The notes below the pieces were generated by a model. The model saw nothing but the letters and a program-made list of their open reading frames with translations. It searched no databases and was not told where the DNA came from. Below, in pieces: positions 1 to 8,017 of a stretch of DNA of 64,000 nucleotides (its first letter is position 1; every line of letters begins with the position of its first letter). Origin of the DNA: Alistipes sp. (GTDB taxonomy: Bacteria; Bacteroidota; Bacteroidia; Bacteroidales; Rikenellaceae); contig JAHHQN010000011.1 in the NCBI GenBank assembly GCA_020026375.1, positions 567 through 64,566 of the forward strand, in the 5' to 3' direction. The position numbers were made by a program, and so were the translations under genes.

Positions 1-72
1 TATCCTCAAGGCCGTACACCCCTCGCCCCTCTCGGCATACAGAGGGTTCTTCGGTTGCAGGCATTTTTCAAA

Positions 73-435
73 GGCCAACGAATACTTGCAGAGTATTGGT
101 AAAGAGCCTATTGTCTGGTAATCACGCTTCGGAGTGTTCGCGTTGCCTTTGAAAAATCCCTGCGGGATATTCACATTTCCTTCTTTCTCGGCTCTGCCGA
201 GAGATATCTTTATATTCCCCTCTTTCTCTCCCCTTTGGAAAAGGGGAGATTCGCGCCTGCGGCGCAGGGATTACATGGGCCAACGAATATTTGCAAAGCA
301 TCGGAAAGACACCTATTGTCTGGTAATCACGCTTCGGAGTGTTCGTGTTGCCTTTGAAAAATCCCTGCGGACCATCTTTATATTCCCCTCTTTCTCTCCC
401 CTTTGGGAAAGGGGAGATTCGCGCCTGCGGCGCAG
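73..435. repeat. Imperfect tandem duplication (offset 205 nt) of a hairpin-rich non-coding unit
   Basis: Copies lie at 73-267 and 278-435. Both share GGCCAACGAATA...GTCTGGTAATCACGCTTCGGAGTGTTCG.GTTGCCTTTGAAAAATCCCTGCGG...ATCTTTATATTCCCCTCTTTCTCTCCCCTTTGG. Each ends in hairpins TCTCCCCTT/AAGGGGAGA (227-249 and 395-417) and GCGCC-TGC-GGCGC. In copy 1 a 40-nt segment (166-205, with hairpin TCTCGGC/GCCGAGA) sits where copy 2 has ACC. Confidence 0.85.
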
Positions 436-599
436 AGCGGAAACCAACAAAAAAATAGGGAATACTCCTACCGAGCACACTGACAACCGCAGAGTGGAAT
501 GCGCAAAAAAATTTGTGGTTCGGAAAGAAGAACAGGTGAACAAAGGGCGGAAAATCGCCCCGCAGATTTTGCAATAAATTTAGAATGTCAATAACTTTA

Positions 600-630
600 A
601 AGTCCCTGCTTCGGCAGGGACTTATTGTTT
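600..630 (+). terminator. Stem-loop AAGTCCCTGC-TTCG-GCAGGGACTT followed by a T-rich tail; terminator-like
   Basis: Perfect 10-bp stem (600-609 and 614-623) with a UUCG loop, followed by ATTGTTTGT. No gene is visible upstream in the window, so its role is uncertain. Confidence 0.35.
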
Positions 631-1127
631 GTCGACGTGTGGACGACAACACCAGGCGGCAAATCACGCACCAAGAGAGGTAAAACACACCAAACAACAG
701 TCAATCAAATAAATACACACCATCATCTCACCCCTCAACATGAACTGAAAAAACCTGCAAAACCGTGGTTTCAACCCCACTTATCAACATTTTCGGGGTA
801 TTTTGTTCGGGGTGTTCATAGTTGTAAACCGCCCATAATTAGAGGATAAAGCGACAAATCGCCTCATCGAGTTATCAACACTTTTTACAGTGCATGTTCA
901 CAATGTTCATAACTCTGCGTGGTGTGCAGAACTCCCCTCCTCCATTGTTCACACATTGTCCACCCTTCGACCACGGCGGCCATCGAAAAAAATTGCGTCC
1001 TCTCCCCTCTCGCAAGAAAATTTACGGTCACCGTATCATTTCACCCCTCCAAAAAAAATTTCAGATAAATTTTATTCATCTGCCCCACCTCAACCGCACG
1101 CCCCGAAAATATTTTTCCGCAAAAAAT

Positions 1128-1157
1128 TTTGAAGTCGGAAATATTTCGCTACATTTG
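1128..1157 (+). promoter_or_regulatory. Bacteroides-type promoter (-33 TTTG, -7 TACATTTG) for the ABC/GntR operon
   Basis: TTTG at 1128-1131, an 18-nt spacer, then TACATTTG at 1150-1157. This is about 95 nt upstream of the ATG at 1251. The leader contains hairpin GGTGAGG-AGT-CCTCACC (1210-1226). Confidence 0.5.
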
Positions 1158-1250
1158 CAGTGTACTACAATACTAACACACTAATAAATTTCAAAAAACA
1201 ATACCGCGCGGTGAGGAGTCCTCACCCGACCGCACTAAAAATTCACGACC

Positions 1251-2081
1251 ATGATTACCATCAACCATCTCAACTACGGCTACTCCCGTAAAACAAAGGT
1301 CTTCGACGACTTCTCGCTGACCCTTGCCCCCGGTCATATCCACGGTCTGCTGGGTTGCAACGGCGTGGGCAAAAGCACCCTGCTCAAACTGCTCTGCGGC
1401 GCACTCACCCCCCAAAGCGGCGAAATCTCCATCGACGGCTTCACACCGCGCGACCGTCGCGTAGATTTTCTGAGCAACATGATGATTCTCCCCGAAGAGA
1501 TGCTTCTTCCGGCCGTCTCCATCGCCACCTACGCCAAGCTGACCGCCCCCTTCTACCCCAAATTCTCGTGGGACGACTTCCACAACCATTGCCGCGCGCT
1601 GGAAATCGACGAACACCGCTCGATGAGCGCCTTCTCCATGGGACTCAAGAAACGCGCCTACATCGCCTTCGCACTGGCCTGCAACACCGACTACCTCTTC
1701 ATGGACGAGCCGACCAACGGTCTCGACATTCCCTCGAAGAGTATCCTGCGCCGTCTGCTGGCCTCGGTGGCCACCGACGAGAAGACCATCGTCATCTCCA
1801 CCCATCAGGTCAGAGACATCGACACGCTGATTGACAATGTGGTCATCTGCGACACCCACGGTCTTGTGCTGAGCGCCGCGACCGATGCCCTGTGCCGCCA
1901 CTTCGTCTTCGGCAAGACCCTCCCCGACGAGGAGCCGCTCTACACCGAGACCACCCCCATGGGCAACATTTCACTGACACCCAACACATCGGGACGCGAG
2001 ACCCTGCCCAACATCGAGCTGCTCTTCAATGCCACGCTCCAACACCGCGAGGCCATCAACCGCATTCTGACACACGAATAA
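1251..2081 (+). CDS. ABC transporter ATP-binding protein
   Basis: 276 aa. Walker A GCNGVGKST, degenerate signature SMGLKKR and Walker B YLFMDEPTNGLD. ATG start. Confidence 0.9.
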   Translation: MITINHLNYGYSRKTKVFDDFSLTLAPGHIHGLLGCNGVGKSTLLKLLCGALTPQSGEISIDGFTPRDRRVDFLSNMMILPEEMLLPAVSIATYAKLTAPFYPKFSWDDFHNHCRALEIDEHRSMSAFSMGLKKRAYIAFALACNTDYLFMDEPTNGLDIPSKSILRRLLASVATDEKTIVISTHQVRDIDTLIDNVVICDTHGLVLSAATDALCRHFVFGKTLPDEEPLYTETTPMGNISLTPNTSGRETLPNIELLFNATLQHREAINRILTHE

Positions 2082-2096
2082 AAAACACCACAGACC

Positions 2097-2867
2097 ATGA
2101 ATACCTCATTCTCGTTGCAAAGAGTCGCACTGCTCTTCCGCAAGTTCTACACCGAGCGGAGAAACATCACCCTTTTGGGTTACTTCATCGTGCTGGCCGT
2201 CTCCGCCATAAATGCCTATTCCGCCACACCCGCAGTTCTGGACGACCAAATCCACTATTTCTTCTACAGTACCGCCACGGCCCTCTACATGGCATGGATT
2301 ACCGGCGCCACCATCGCCACCACCTACTACCACCGCAACCGTCTGACCCGACTCGGGGCCATCACCCTTCCGGCCACCGTGGGCGAGAAATACACCTTCG
2401 TGTGGTTGCGCTCGCTGCCCGTGGCCACTGTGGAGTTCCTGCTGCTCATCTTCTTTGTGGCAGGGTGCAACAACCTGTTCAACCCCGCCAAAATCTCTCC
2501 CATGGTGCTGGTCACCGAGATTCTCGACAGCAAAGACTACATCGGCATGTTCCTGTTCCAATCCTTCCTGATGCTGGTACTCACCTACCGCCACCGTCAG
2601 ACCACCGGCTGGCAGACCGTCGCACAAGTGGCCATGGGCATACTGATTTACATGGCGTTCACGTTTCTCAACACGGCATCGGTCAACGGAGTGTATTTCC
2701 TGTTCATGAACGGCACCATCTGCTCCACGACCGGAGACACCACCTCACTGGAGGTTGTGAGTTCGATGCCCGATGCCGATATATGGGCCAACTGTTTTTG
2801 GGTATTCGCCACCCTGTTCCTGTGGGCGGCCACTTATTTCAGATATAAAGAGGAGGAGGCACAATAA
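2097..2867 (+). CDS. Polytopic membrane protein, putative permease partner of the ABC ATPase
   Basis: 256 aa with several hydrophobic segments. It starts 16 nt after the ATPase stop, and its stop overlaps the next start (TAATG). Confidence 0.7.
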   Translation: MNTSFSLQRVALLFRKFYTERRNITLLGYFIVLAVSAINAYSATPAVLDDQIHYFFYSTATALYMAWITGATIATTYYHRNRLTRLGAITLPATVGEKYTFVWLRSLPVATVEFLLLIFFVAGCNNLFNPAKISPMVLVTEILDSKDYIGMFLFQSFLMLVLTYRHRQTTGWQTVAQVAMGILIYMAFTFLNTASVNGVYFLFMNGTICSTTGDTTSLEVVSSMPDADIWANCFWVFATLFLWAATYFRYKEEEAQ

Positions 2868-3241
2868 TGGAGTACAACGACAACCAACCGATCTGGTTAC
2901 AGATTTATGACCTCATGTGCGCACGCATCGCCGAGGGCAAATACCCCGCAGGAGAGCGCATACCCTCCATACGCGAGCTGGCGGTGGAGATGCAGGTCAA
3001 CCCCAACACCATAGTGAGGGTCTACGAACGCATGGAGGGCGACAAGATGATTGCCAACCGCCGCGGCGTGGGCTACTTCACCACCGACACCGCACTCACC
3101 ACCATCAACGAGGTGTGGCGCAAGGAGTTTATCGACAACGATGTCCCCCAATTTATCCAGCGCATGGAGCAGTTCGGGGTCGGCATCGAGGAGTTCAACC
3201 GTCTTTATCAAAACATCATCAACCATGAAAACAAGCACTAA
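2867..3241 (+). CDS. GntR-family (YtrA-like, short) transcriptional regulator
   Basis: 124 aa. The winged-HTH region matches GERIPSIRELAVEMQVNPNTIVRVYERMEGDKMIANRRGVGYFT. AGGAGGAGG lies upstream of the start. Confidence 0.85.
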   Translation: MEYNDNQPIWLQIYDLMCARIAEGKYPAGERIPSIRELAVEMQVNPNTIVRVYERMEGDKMIANRRGVGYFTTDTALTTINEVWRKEFIDNDVPQFIQRMEQFGVGIEEFNRLYQNIINHENKH

Positions 3242-3608
3242 AATCACCCTCATACCCATCATCATACTGGTCGTCATCACCCTTGTGTTCGCCGTCAGGG
3301 GCTACCGCTACCAGACCATGATGCGCAAGACCACCTACGCCACCATCGTTGCACAGCTCGACACCACGATTATCCGCACACTGATTGTCGACAGCGAGCA
3401 ACCCTGCTGGCTCAACAGCAATCACCACAAGACCTATCGCCAGCGGCTCTCCCTGCGCGAGAACAGCTACCATACCGACTACTCCATCGCGGTGAAGGGC
3501 GACACGCTCTGCATCACGGGCAATGTGGGGGTCACCTTCTACTCCGACAGCGTGCAGCACTTCATTCTCAACGGCAAGGAGCGCATCGGATTGACAGACT
3601 ACCTCTGA
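3225..3608 (+). CDS. Small N-terminally membrane-anchored hypothetical protein
   Basis: ATG at 3225 gives MKTSTKITLIPIIILVVITLVFAV..., 127 aa. It overlaps the GntR gene by 17 nt. The track ORF 3051-3608 is over-extended. Confidence 0.6.
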   Translation: MKTSTKITLIPIIILVVITLVFAVRGYRYQTMMRKTTYATIVAQLDTTIIRTLIVDSEQPCWLNSNHHKTYRQRLSLRENSYHTDYSIAVKGDTLCITGNVGVTFYSDSVQHFILNGKERIGLTDYL

Positions 3609-3636
3609 CAAAGTCCCCCCGCCATAAGCATCTCTT

Positions 3637-3673
3637 CCCCCTCATCGCACATCGGTGACGGGGGATTTTTTTT
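3637..3673 (+). terminator. Rho-independent terminator of the ABC/GntR operon
   Basis: CCCCCTCATCG-CACAT-CGGTGACGGGGG stem with one bulge, followed by A and T8 (3666-3673). Confidence 0.65.
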
Positions 3674-3728
3674 GCATCAGCACATCAGCTTTCCGACAGA
3701 CCCCCTCTCACCGCCCTGCGGCATGCAC

Positions 3729-3766
3729 AAAAAAAATCACCCGAAACACTTTCATGTTTCGGGTGA
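3729..3766 (-). terminator. Rho-independent terminator of rpoD
   Basis: Perfect 12-bp stem TCACCCGAAACA/TGTTTCGGGTGA (3737-3748 and 3755-3766). On the minus strand it is followed by a T8 run (plus-strand A-run 3729-3736). Confidence 0.75.
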
Positions 3767-3802
3767 TCCAATATCTCATTAACCTTGTTCGTACCGTGGG
3801 AA

Positions 3803-4663
3803 TTATCCGAGGTACGATTTCAATAACTTCGAACGCGACGAGTGGCGGAGTCTCCGTATGGCCTTCTCCTTGATCTGACGCACACGCTCGCGGGTCAGGT
3901 CGAACTTCTCGCCGATTTCCTCCAGCGTCATCTCCGAGCAACCGATGCCGAAGAAGTAACGGATAATGTCACGCTCACGCTCGGTGAGGGTCTCCAACGC
4001 ACGGTCGACCTCAGTGGCCAGCGACTCGTTGATCAGGCCGCGGTCGGCGTTGGGCGAGTCGGTATTGACCAGCACGTCGAGCAGAGAGTTGTCCTCGCCG
4101 TCGGCGAAAGGTGCATCGACCGACACATGGCGGCCGGCCACACGCAGCGTGTCGGTCACCTTCTCCTTGGGCAGCTCCAGCTCCGAAGCCAGCTCCTCGG
4201 GCGACGGGGTACGCTCATGCTCCTGCTCGAAACGTGCAAAAGCCTTGTTGATTTTGTTCAGCGAACCCACCTGGTTCAACGGCAGACGTACAATACGCGA
4301 CTGCTCGGCCAGAGCCTGAAGAATCGACTGACGAATCCACCACACGGCGTAGGAGATGAACTTGAAACCACGGGTCTCATCGAATTTCTCGGCTGCCTTG
4401 ATCAGACCGAGGTTACCCTCGTTAATCAAGTCAGGGAGACTCAGACCCTGATTCTGGTACTGCTTGGCCACCGAGACCACGAAACGCAGGTTGGCTTTGG
4501 TGAGTTTCTCCAACGCTTCCTGGTCGCCTTTACGGATTCTCTGGGCGAGTTCTACTTCCTCTTCAACGGTGATAAGTTCCTCCTTACCAATCTCCTGCAA
4601 GTACTTGTCCAACGACTGGCTCTCACGATTGGTGATGGATTTAGTAATCTTTAACTGACGCAT
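3803..4663 (-). CDS. rpoD: Primary sigma factor (Bacteroidota sigma-A, RpoD)
   Basis: 286 aa. Regions 2-4 are recognisable: [50 protein letters not shown] and [26 protein letters not shown]. Confidence 0.95.
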   Translation of the reverse strand: MRQLKITKSITNRESQSLDKYLQEIGKEELITVEEEVELAQRIRKGDQEALEKLTKANLRFVVSVAKQYQNQGLSLPDLINEGNLGLIKAAEKFDETRGFKFISYAVWWIRQSILQALAEQSRIVRLPLNQVGSLNKINKAFARFEQEHERTPSPEELASELELPKEKVTDTLRVAGRHVSVDAPFADGEDNSLLDVLVNTDSPNADRGLINESLATEVDRALETLTERERDIIRYFFGIGCSEMTLEEIGEKFDLTRERVRQIKEKAIRRLRHSSRSKLLKSYLG

Positions 4664-4724
4664 TTTCTACTATTTCTCCTTAAAAATAATCTCTCTTATC
4701 CTCATTCCGCCCACAAAAACTCTT

Positions 4725-6194
4725 CTACTCCACAAAGACGTAGCTTGCGCTTCTGCCGTTGGGATAGACACCGTCCATGGTCTCCATCCGTTCGGACATG
4801 CGGCGCAGATCGTCCAATGAATAAACCGGACGGTCGTTGATGTGGGTGATGACGAAACCTTCTCTCACCCTTGCTCTTGCGAGCAGACCTTCCTGCTTGA
4901 CACCGATGACCTGCACACCGCCTCTTATCTCCAGCTGTCGGCACAGTTTCTCGCCTGCATCGCGGAATTTTCCGCCCAATGCCTCGATGATGTCGACACT
5001 CTCTTTTGACAAAAGTTCGGGCTTGTCGGCCTTATTACGCAAAACGACATCGATTTGTTTCATTTTTCCGTCTCTTTTTACCGATAAAATTATCTTATCG
5101 GAGGGTTTGTGACGTGCAATGAGTTCCTGCACGGCTGCCGACGACGAAATTTTGTGTCCGTCGATGGCCACAATCACATCACCCTTGCGCACACCGGCCT
5201 CCGAAGCGGCACCGCCGTCGATGACCTGCGCCACGTAGACACCGCCGATTTCGGTGATGCCCAGCTCCTTGCCCTCACGGTCGATGAAGTCCTGGTCGAC
5301 AGGTGCGAAACGTATGCCGAGCAGTGCGCGCTGCACCACACCGTACTCCTTGAGGTCCATGACCACCTTCTTGACAATCGACTCCGGCACGGCGAACGAA
5401 TAGCCGATATAGCTGCCCGTCTGCGACTTGATGAGGGTGTTGATACCCACCAGCTCGCCACGCGCATTGACCAGCGCACCACCCGAATTGCCGGGGTTGA
5501 CCACGGCATCGGTCTGAATGAACGATTCGATACGGAAGTCGTTGGGTATAGCACCCAAATTTCGTGCCTTGGCACTCACGATACCGGCCGTGATGGTCGA
5601 CTGCAGGTCGAAGGGCGAACCGATGGCCAGCACCCACTCACCCAGACGCAGCGCGTCGGACGAACCGAAAGGCAGTGTGGGCAAATCCTCGGCCTCGACC
5701 TTGAGCAGAGCCACATCGGTGGCCGAGTCGCGGCCGATGAGACGCGCCTCGAAGGCACGTCCGTCGTTGAGTTTCACACGCAGTTTGGTGGCACCGTCGA
5801 CCACATGGTTGTTGGTGACGATGTAGCCGTCCTGCGAGATGATGACACCCGAACCGCCGGCCTTGCGCTCGCGGTAGCGCGGCTCGTTGTCATAGCCCTG
5901 AGGGATACCGAAAAATTCGAGGAACGGATCGTAACCGCGCTGCGGCACTTCGATCTGCTGCACGGCCTCGATGTTGACCACCGCCTTCACGGCATTCTCG
6001 GCCGCATAGGTCAGGTCGGGATACTTTCCCTCCTCATAAGCTGCGAAATGGGTACCCAGCTGGGGTGTACGTTCCACTTCGCGTTCTATATATTCGATTT
6101 GACGTTCCGAACTGTTTGCCACATACCATGAAGTGACTCCTCCGACAGCGGCAGAGAGTGACAATGCACCCAAAAATAAAAAAGCCTGTTTCAT
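4725..6194 (-). CDS. htrA: HtrA/DegP/DegQ-family periplasmic serine protease with two PDZ domains
   Basis: 489 aa. Motifs TNNHVV and GNSGGALVN, N-terminal hydrophobic anchor, C-terminal PDZ-like repeats. Confidence 0.92.
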   Translation of the reverse strand: MKQAFLFLGALSLSAAVGGVTSWYVANSSERQIEYIEREVERTPQLGTHFAAYEEGKYPDLTYAAENAVKAVVNIEAVQQIEVPQRGYDPFLEFFGIPQGYDNEPRYRERKAGGSGVIISQDGYIVTNNHVVDGATKLRVKLNDGRAFEARLIGRDSATDVALLKVEAEDLPTLPFGSSDALRLGEWVLAIGSPFDLQSTITAGIVSAKARNLGAIPNDFRIESFIQTDAVVNPGNSGGALVNARGELVGINTLIKSQTGSYIGYSFAVPESIVKKVVMDLKEYGVVQRALLGIRFAPVDQDFIDREGKELGITEIGGVYVAQVIDGGAASEAGVRKGDVIVAIDGHKISSSAAVQELIARHKPSDKIILSVKRDGKMKQIDVVLRNKADKPELLSKESVDIIEALGGKFRDAGEKLCRQLEIRGGVQVIGVKQEGLLARARVREGFVITHINDRPVYSLDDLRRMSERMETMDGVYPNGRSASYVFVE

Positions 6195-6329
6195 AATAGT
6201 TAAAAAAGTTTCACTGTTTTTCTCATTATTCGTAGGCGATTTATTCCATAAGCATTACTGATTTTGAGAATAGAACGGCCGTCGGGGTGCATTTATTATA
6301 AAAATTGTCAACAATTTTCTCCCCGCCCC

Positions 6330-6369
6330 AAAAAACATCGGGGTGTCGCTCTGGCAAAGCGACACCCCG
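6330..6369 (-). terminator. Rho-independent terminator of metK
   Basis: 12-bp stem CGGGGTGTCGCT/AGCGACACCCCG (6339-6350 and 6358-6369). On the minus strand it is followed by GATGTTTTTT. Confidence 0.7.
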
Positions 6370-6395
6370 ACACGAAAAATATTTAATACTTGCTA

Positions 6396-7700
6396 CTACA
6401 GTCCAAACTCCTGCTTGATCAGCTCCACGGCATCGAGTTTCTCCCAGCCGAAGAACTCGACCTCCTTCTCCACTTCGTGGCCGTTCTCCCAGACTTTCTC
6501 CACACGGGTGTAGGGGCGGTTGCCGAAATGGCCGTAGGAAGCCGTCGCCTCGAAGATGGGGTTCTTCAGACCGAAACGCTTGACGATGGCCGCCGGGCGC
6601 AGGTCAAAGAGCTTCGAGATGCGGCGTGCAATCTCGCCGTCGGTCATACCCTCCAGTGCGGCGGGACGCTTCGAGCGGTAGGTGTCGACATACACCGACA
6701 GGGGCTGTGCGATACCGATGGCGTAGCTCAGCTCCACCAGCACCTCGTCGGCAACACCTGCAGCCACCATGTTCTTGGCGATGTGGCGTGCGGCATAGGC
6801 GGCCGAACGGTCGACCTTCGACGAATCCTTGCCCGAGAAGGCACCGCCACCGTGGGCGCCGCGACCTCCGTAGGTGTCGACAATAATCTTGCGGCCGGTC
6901 AGACCCGTGTCGCCGTGAGGACCTCCGATGACAAACTTGCCCGTGGGGTTCACGTGGAGGATATACTCCTCGCCGATGAGGTCGGCCAGCTGGTCGTTGG
7001 CACGCTCCAGACGTGCCTTCACACGCGGAATGAGAATCGTGCGCACGTCCTCGCGGATTTTCTCCTGCATCATCTTCTCGGCCTCTTTCTCCGACAGACC
7101 CTCACCGGCCTTGATGAACTCGTCGTGCTGGGTCGACACCACGATGGTGTGGACACGGAGAGGTTTGTTGGTCTGCTCGTCGTACTCGATGGTCACCTGC
7201 GACTTCGAGTCGGGACGCAGATAGGTCATCACCTCGCCCTCGCGACGGATAACGGCCAGCTCCTTGAGAATCACATGGGAGAGAATCAGTGTGGCGGGCA
7301 TGAACTCGCGGGTCTCGTTGCAGGCATAGCCGAACATGATACCCTGGTCGCCGGCACCCTGCTCCTCCTCGGTCTCGCGCACCACACCCTGGTTGATGTC
7401 CGACGACTGCTCGTGGATAGCCGACAGGATACCGCACGAATTGGCGTCGAACTGATATTCACTCTTGTTGTAGCCGATGCGGTCGATGACACGACGCGCC
7501 ACGCCCTGCACATCGACATAGGCGTTCGAGCGCACCTCGCCTGCCACCACCACCAAACCTGTGGTGCAGAGGGTTTCGCATGCTACCTTCGAATTGTTGT
7601 CGCGACGCAGAAACTCATCGAGAATGGCGTCCGAAATCTGATCTGAAACTTTATCGGGGTGGCCCTCAGAGACCGACTCCGATGTAAACAAAAAGCCCAT
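6396..7700 (-). CDS. metK: S-adenosylmethionine synthetase
   Basis: 434 aa. N-terminus [24 protein letters not shown], plus [10 protein letters not shown] and GGGAFSGKD. Confidence 0.97.
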   Translation of the reverse strand: MGFLFTSESVSEGHPDKVSDQISDAILDEFLRRDNNSKVACETLCTTGLVVVAGEVRSNAYVDVQGVARRVIDRIGYNKSEYQFDANSCGILSAIHEQSSDINQGVVRETEEEQGAGDQGIMFGYACNETREFMPATLILSHVILKELAVIRREGEVMTYLRPDSKSQVTIEYDEQTNKPLRVHTIVVSTQHDEFIKAGEGLSEKEAEKMMQEKIREDVRTILIPRVKARLERANDQLADLIGEEYILHVNPTGKFVIGGPHGDTGLTGRKIIVDTYGGRGAHGGGAFSGKDSSKVDRSAAYAARHIAKNMVAAGVADEVLVELSYAIGIAQPLSVYVDTYRSKRPAALEGMTDGEIARRISKLFDLRPAAIVKRFGLKNPIFEATASYGHFGNRPYTRVEKVWENGHEVEKEVEFFGWEKLDAVELIKQEFGL

Positions 7701-7846
7701 TATTATACATTATTTAGGGTTAAACAAACGTATAAAATGGGAAAAATTGGCTGCTTGAATAAAAAATTAGCTGTTTTAGCGATTTTTTATTGTGGTTGCA
7801 ATCAGTCAAATCTTTCCACATCTCCCTGATTTTTAAATCGGGACGA

Positions 7847-7854
7847 CAAAGGTA
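7847..7854 (-). promoter_or_regulatory. -7 box TACCTTTG, candidate metK promoter
   Basis: The plus strand reads CAAAGGTA at 7847-7854. This leaves a leader of about 140 nt before the metK ATG at 7700. Confidence 0.45.
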
Positions 7855-7950
7855 CGAAGTTTTTTCGGATTATCAAAATCCTGAAGTCACACCGACCATT
7901 CTCCGATTGTTTTTTGCTTTGGCGCACCTCCGCCGCCCGACCTTACGGAC

Positions 7951-7989
7951 AAAAAAAAGGGACGACCCTCCTCTGCGGAAGGTCGCCCC
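7951..7989 (-). terminator. Rho-independent terminator of tkt
   Basis: Stem GGGGCGACC/GGTCGTCCC with one G-U pair. On the minus strand it is followed by T8 (plus-strand A-run 7951-7958). Confidence 0.65.
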
Positions 7990-8017
7990 ATTATATAAAG
8001 GTATCCCTGTTTTCGGT

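Noticed and set aside
73-435. Possible CRISPR array or coding repeat across the 205-nt duplication (track ORFs 122-697, 134-577 and 313-543).
   Set aside because: There are only two copies, with a 205-nt period and no short repeat/spacer alternation. No cas genes are present. The ORFs just translate the same repeat in opposite strands and have no start context or motifs.
890-1184. Short ORFs of 80 and 96 aa in the upstream spacer.
   Set aside because: The two frames overlap and are proline/serine/histidine-rich and low-complexity. There is no promoter box or ribosome-binding context, and they span the A/T-tract region. They are treated as non-coding.
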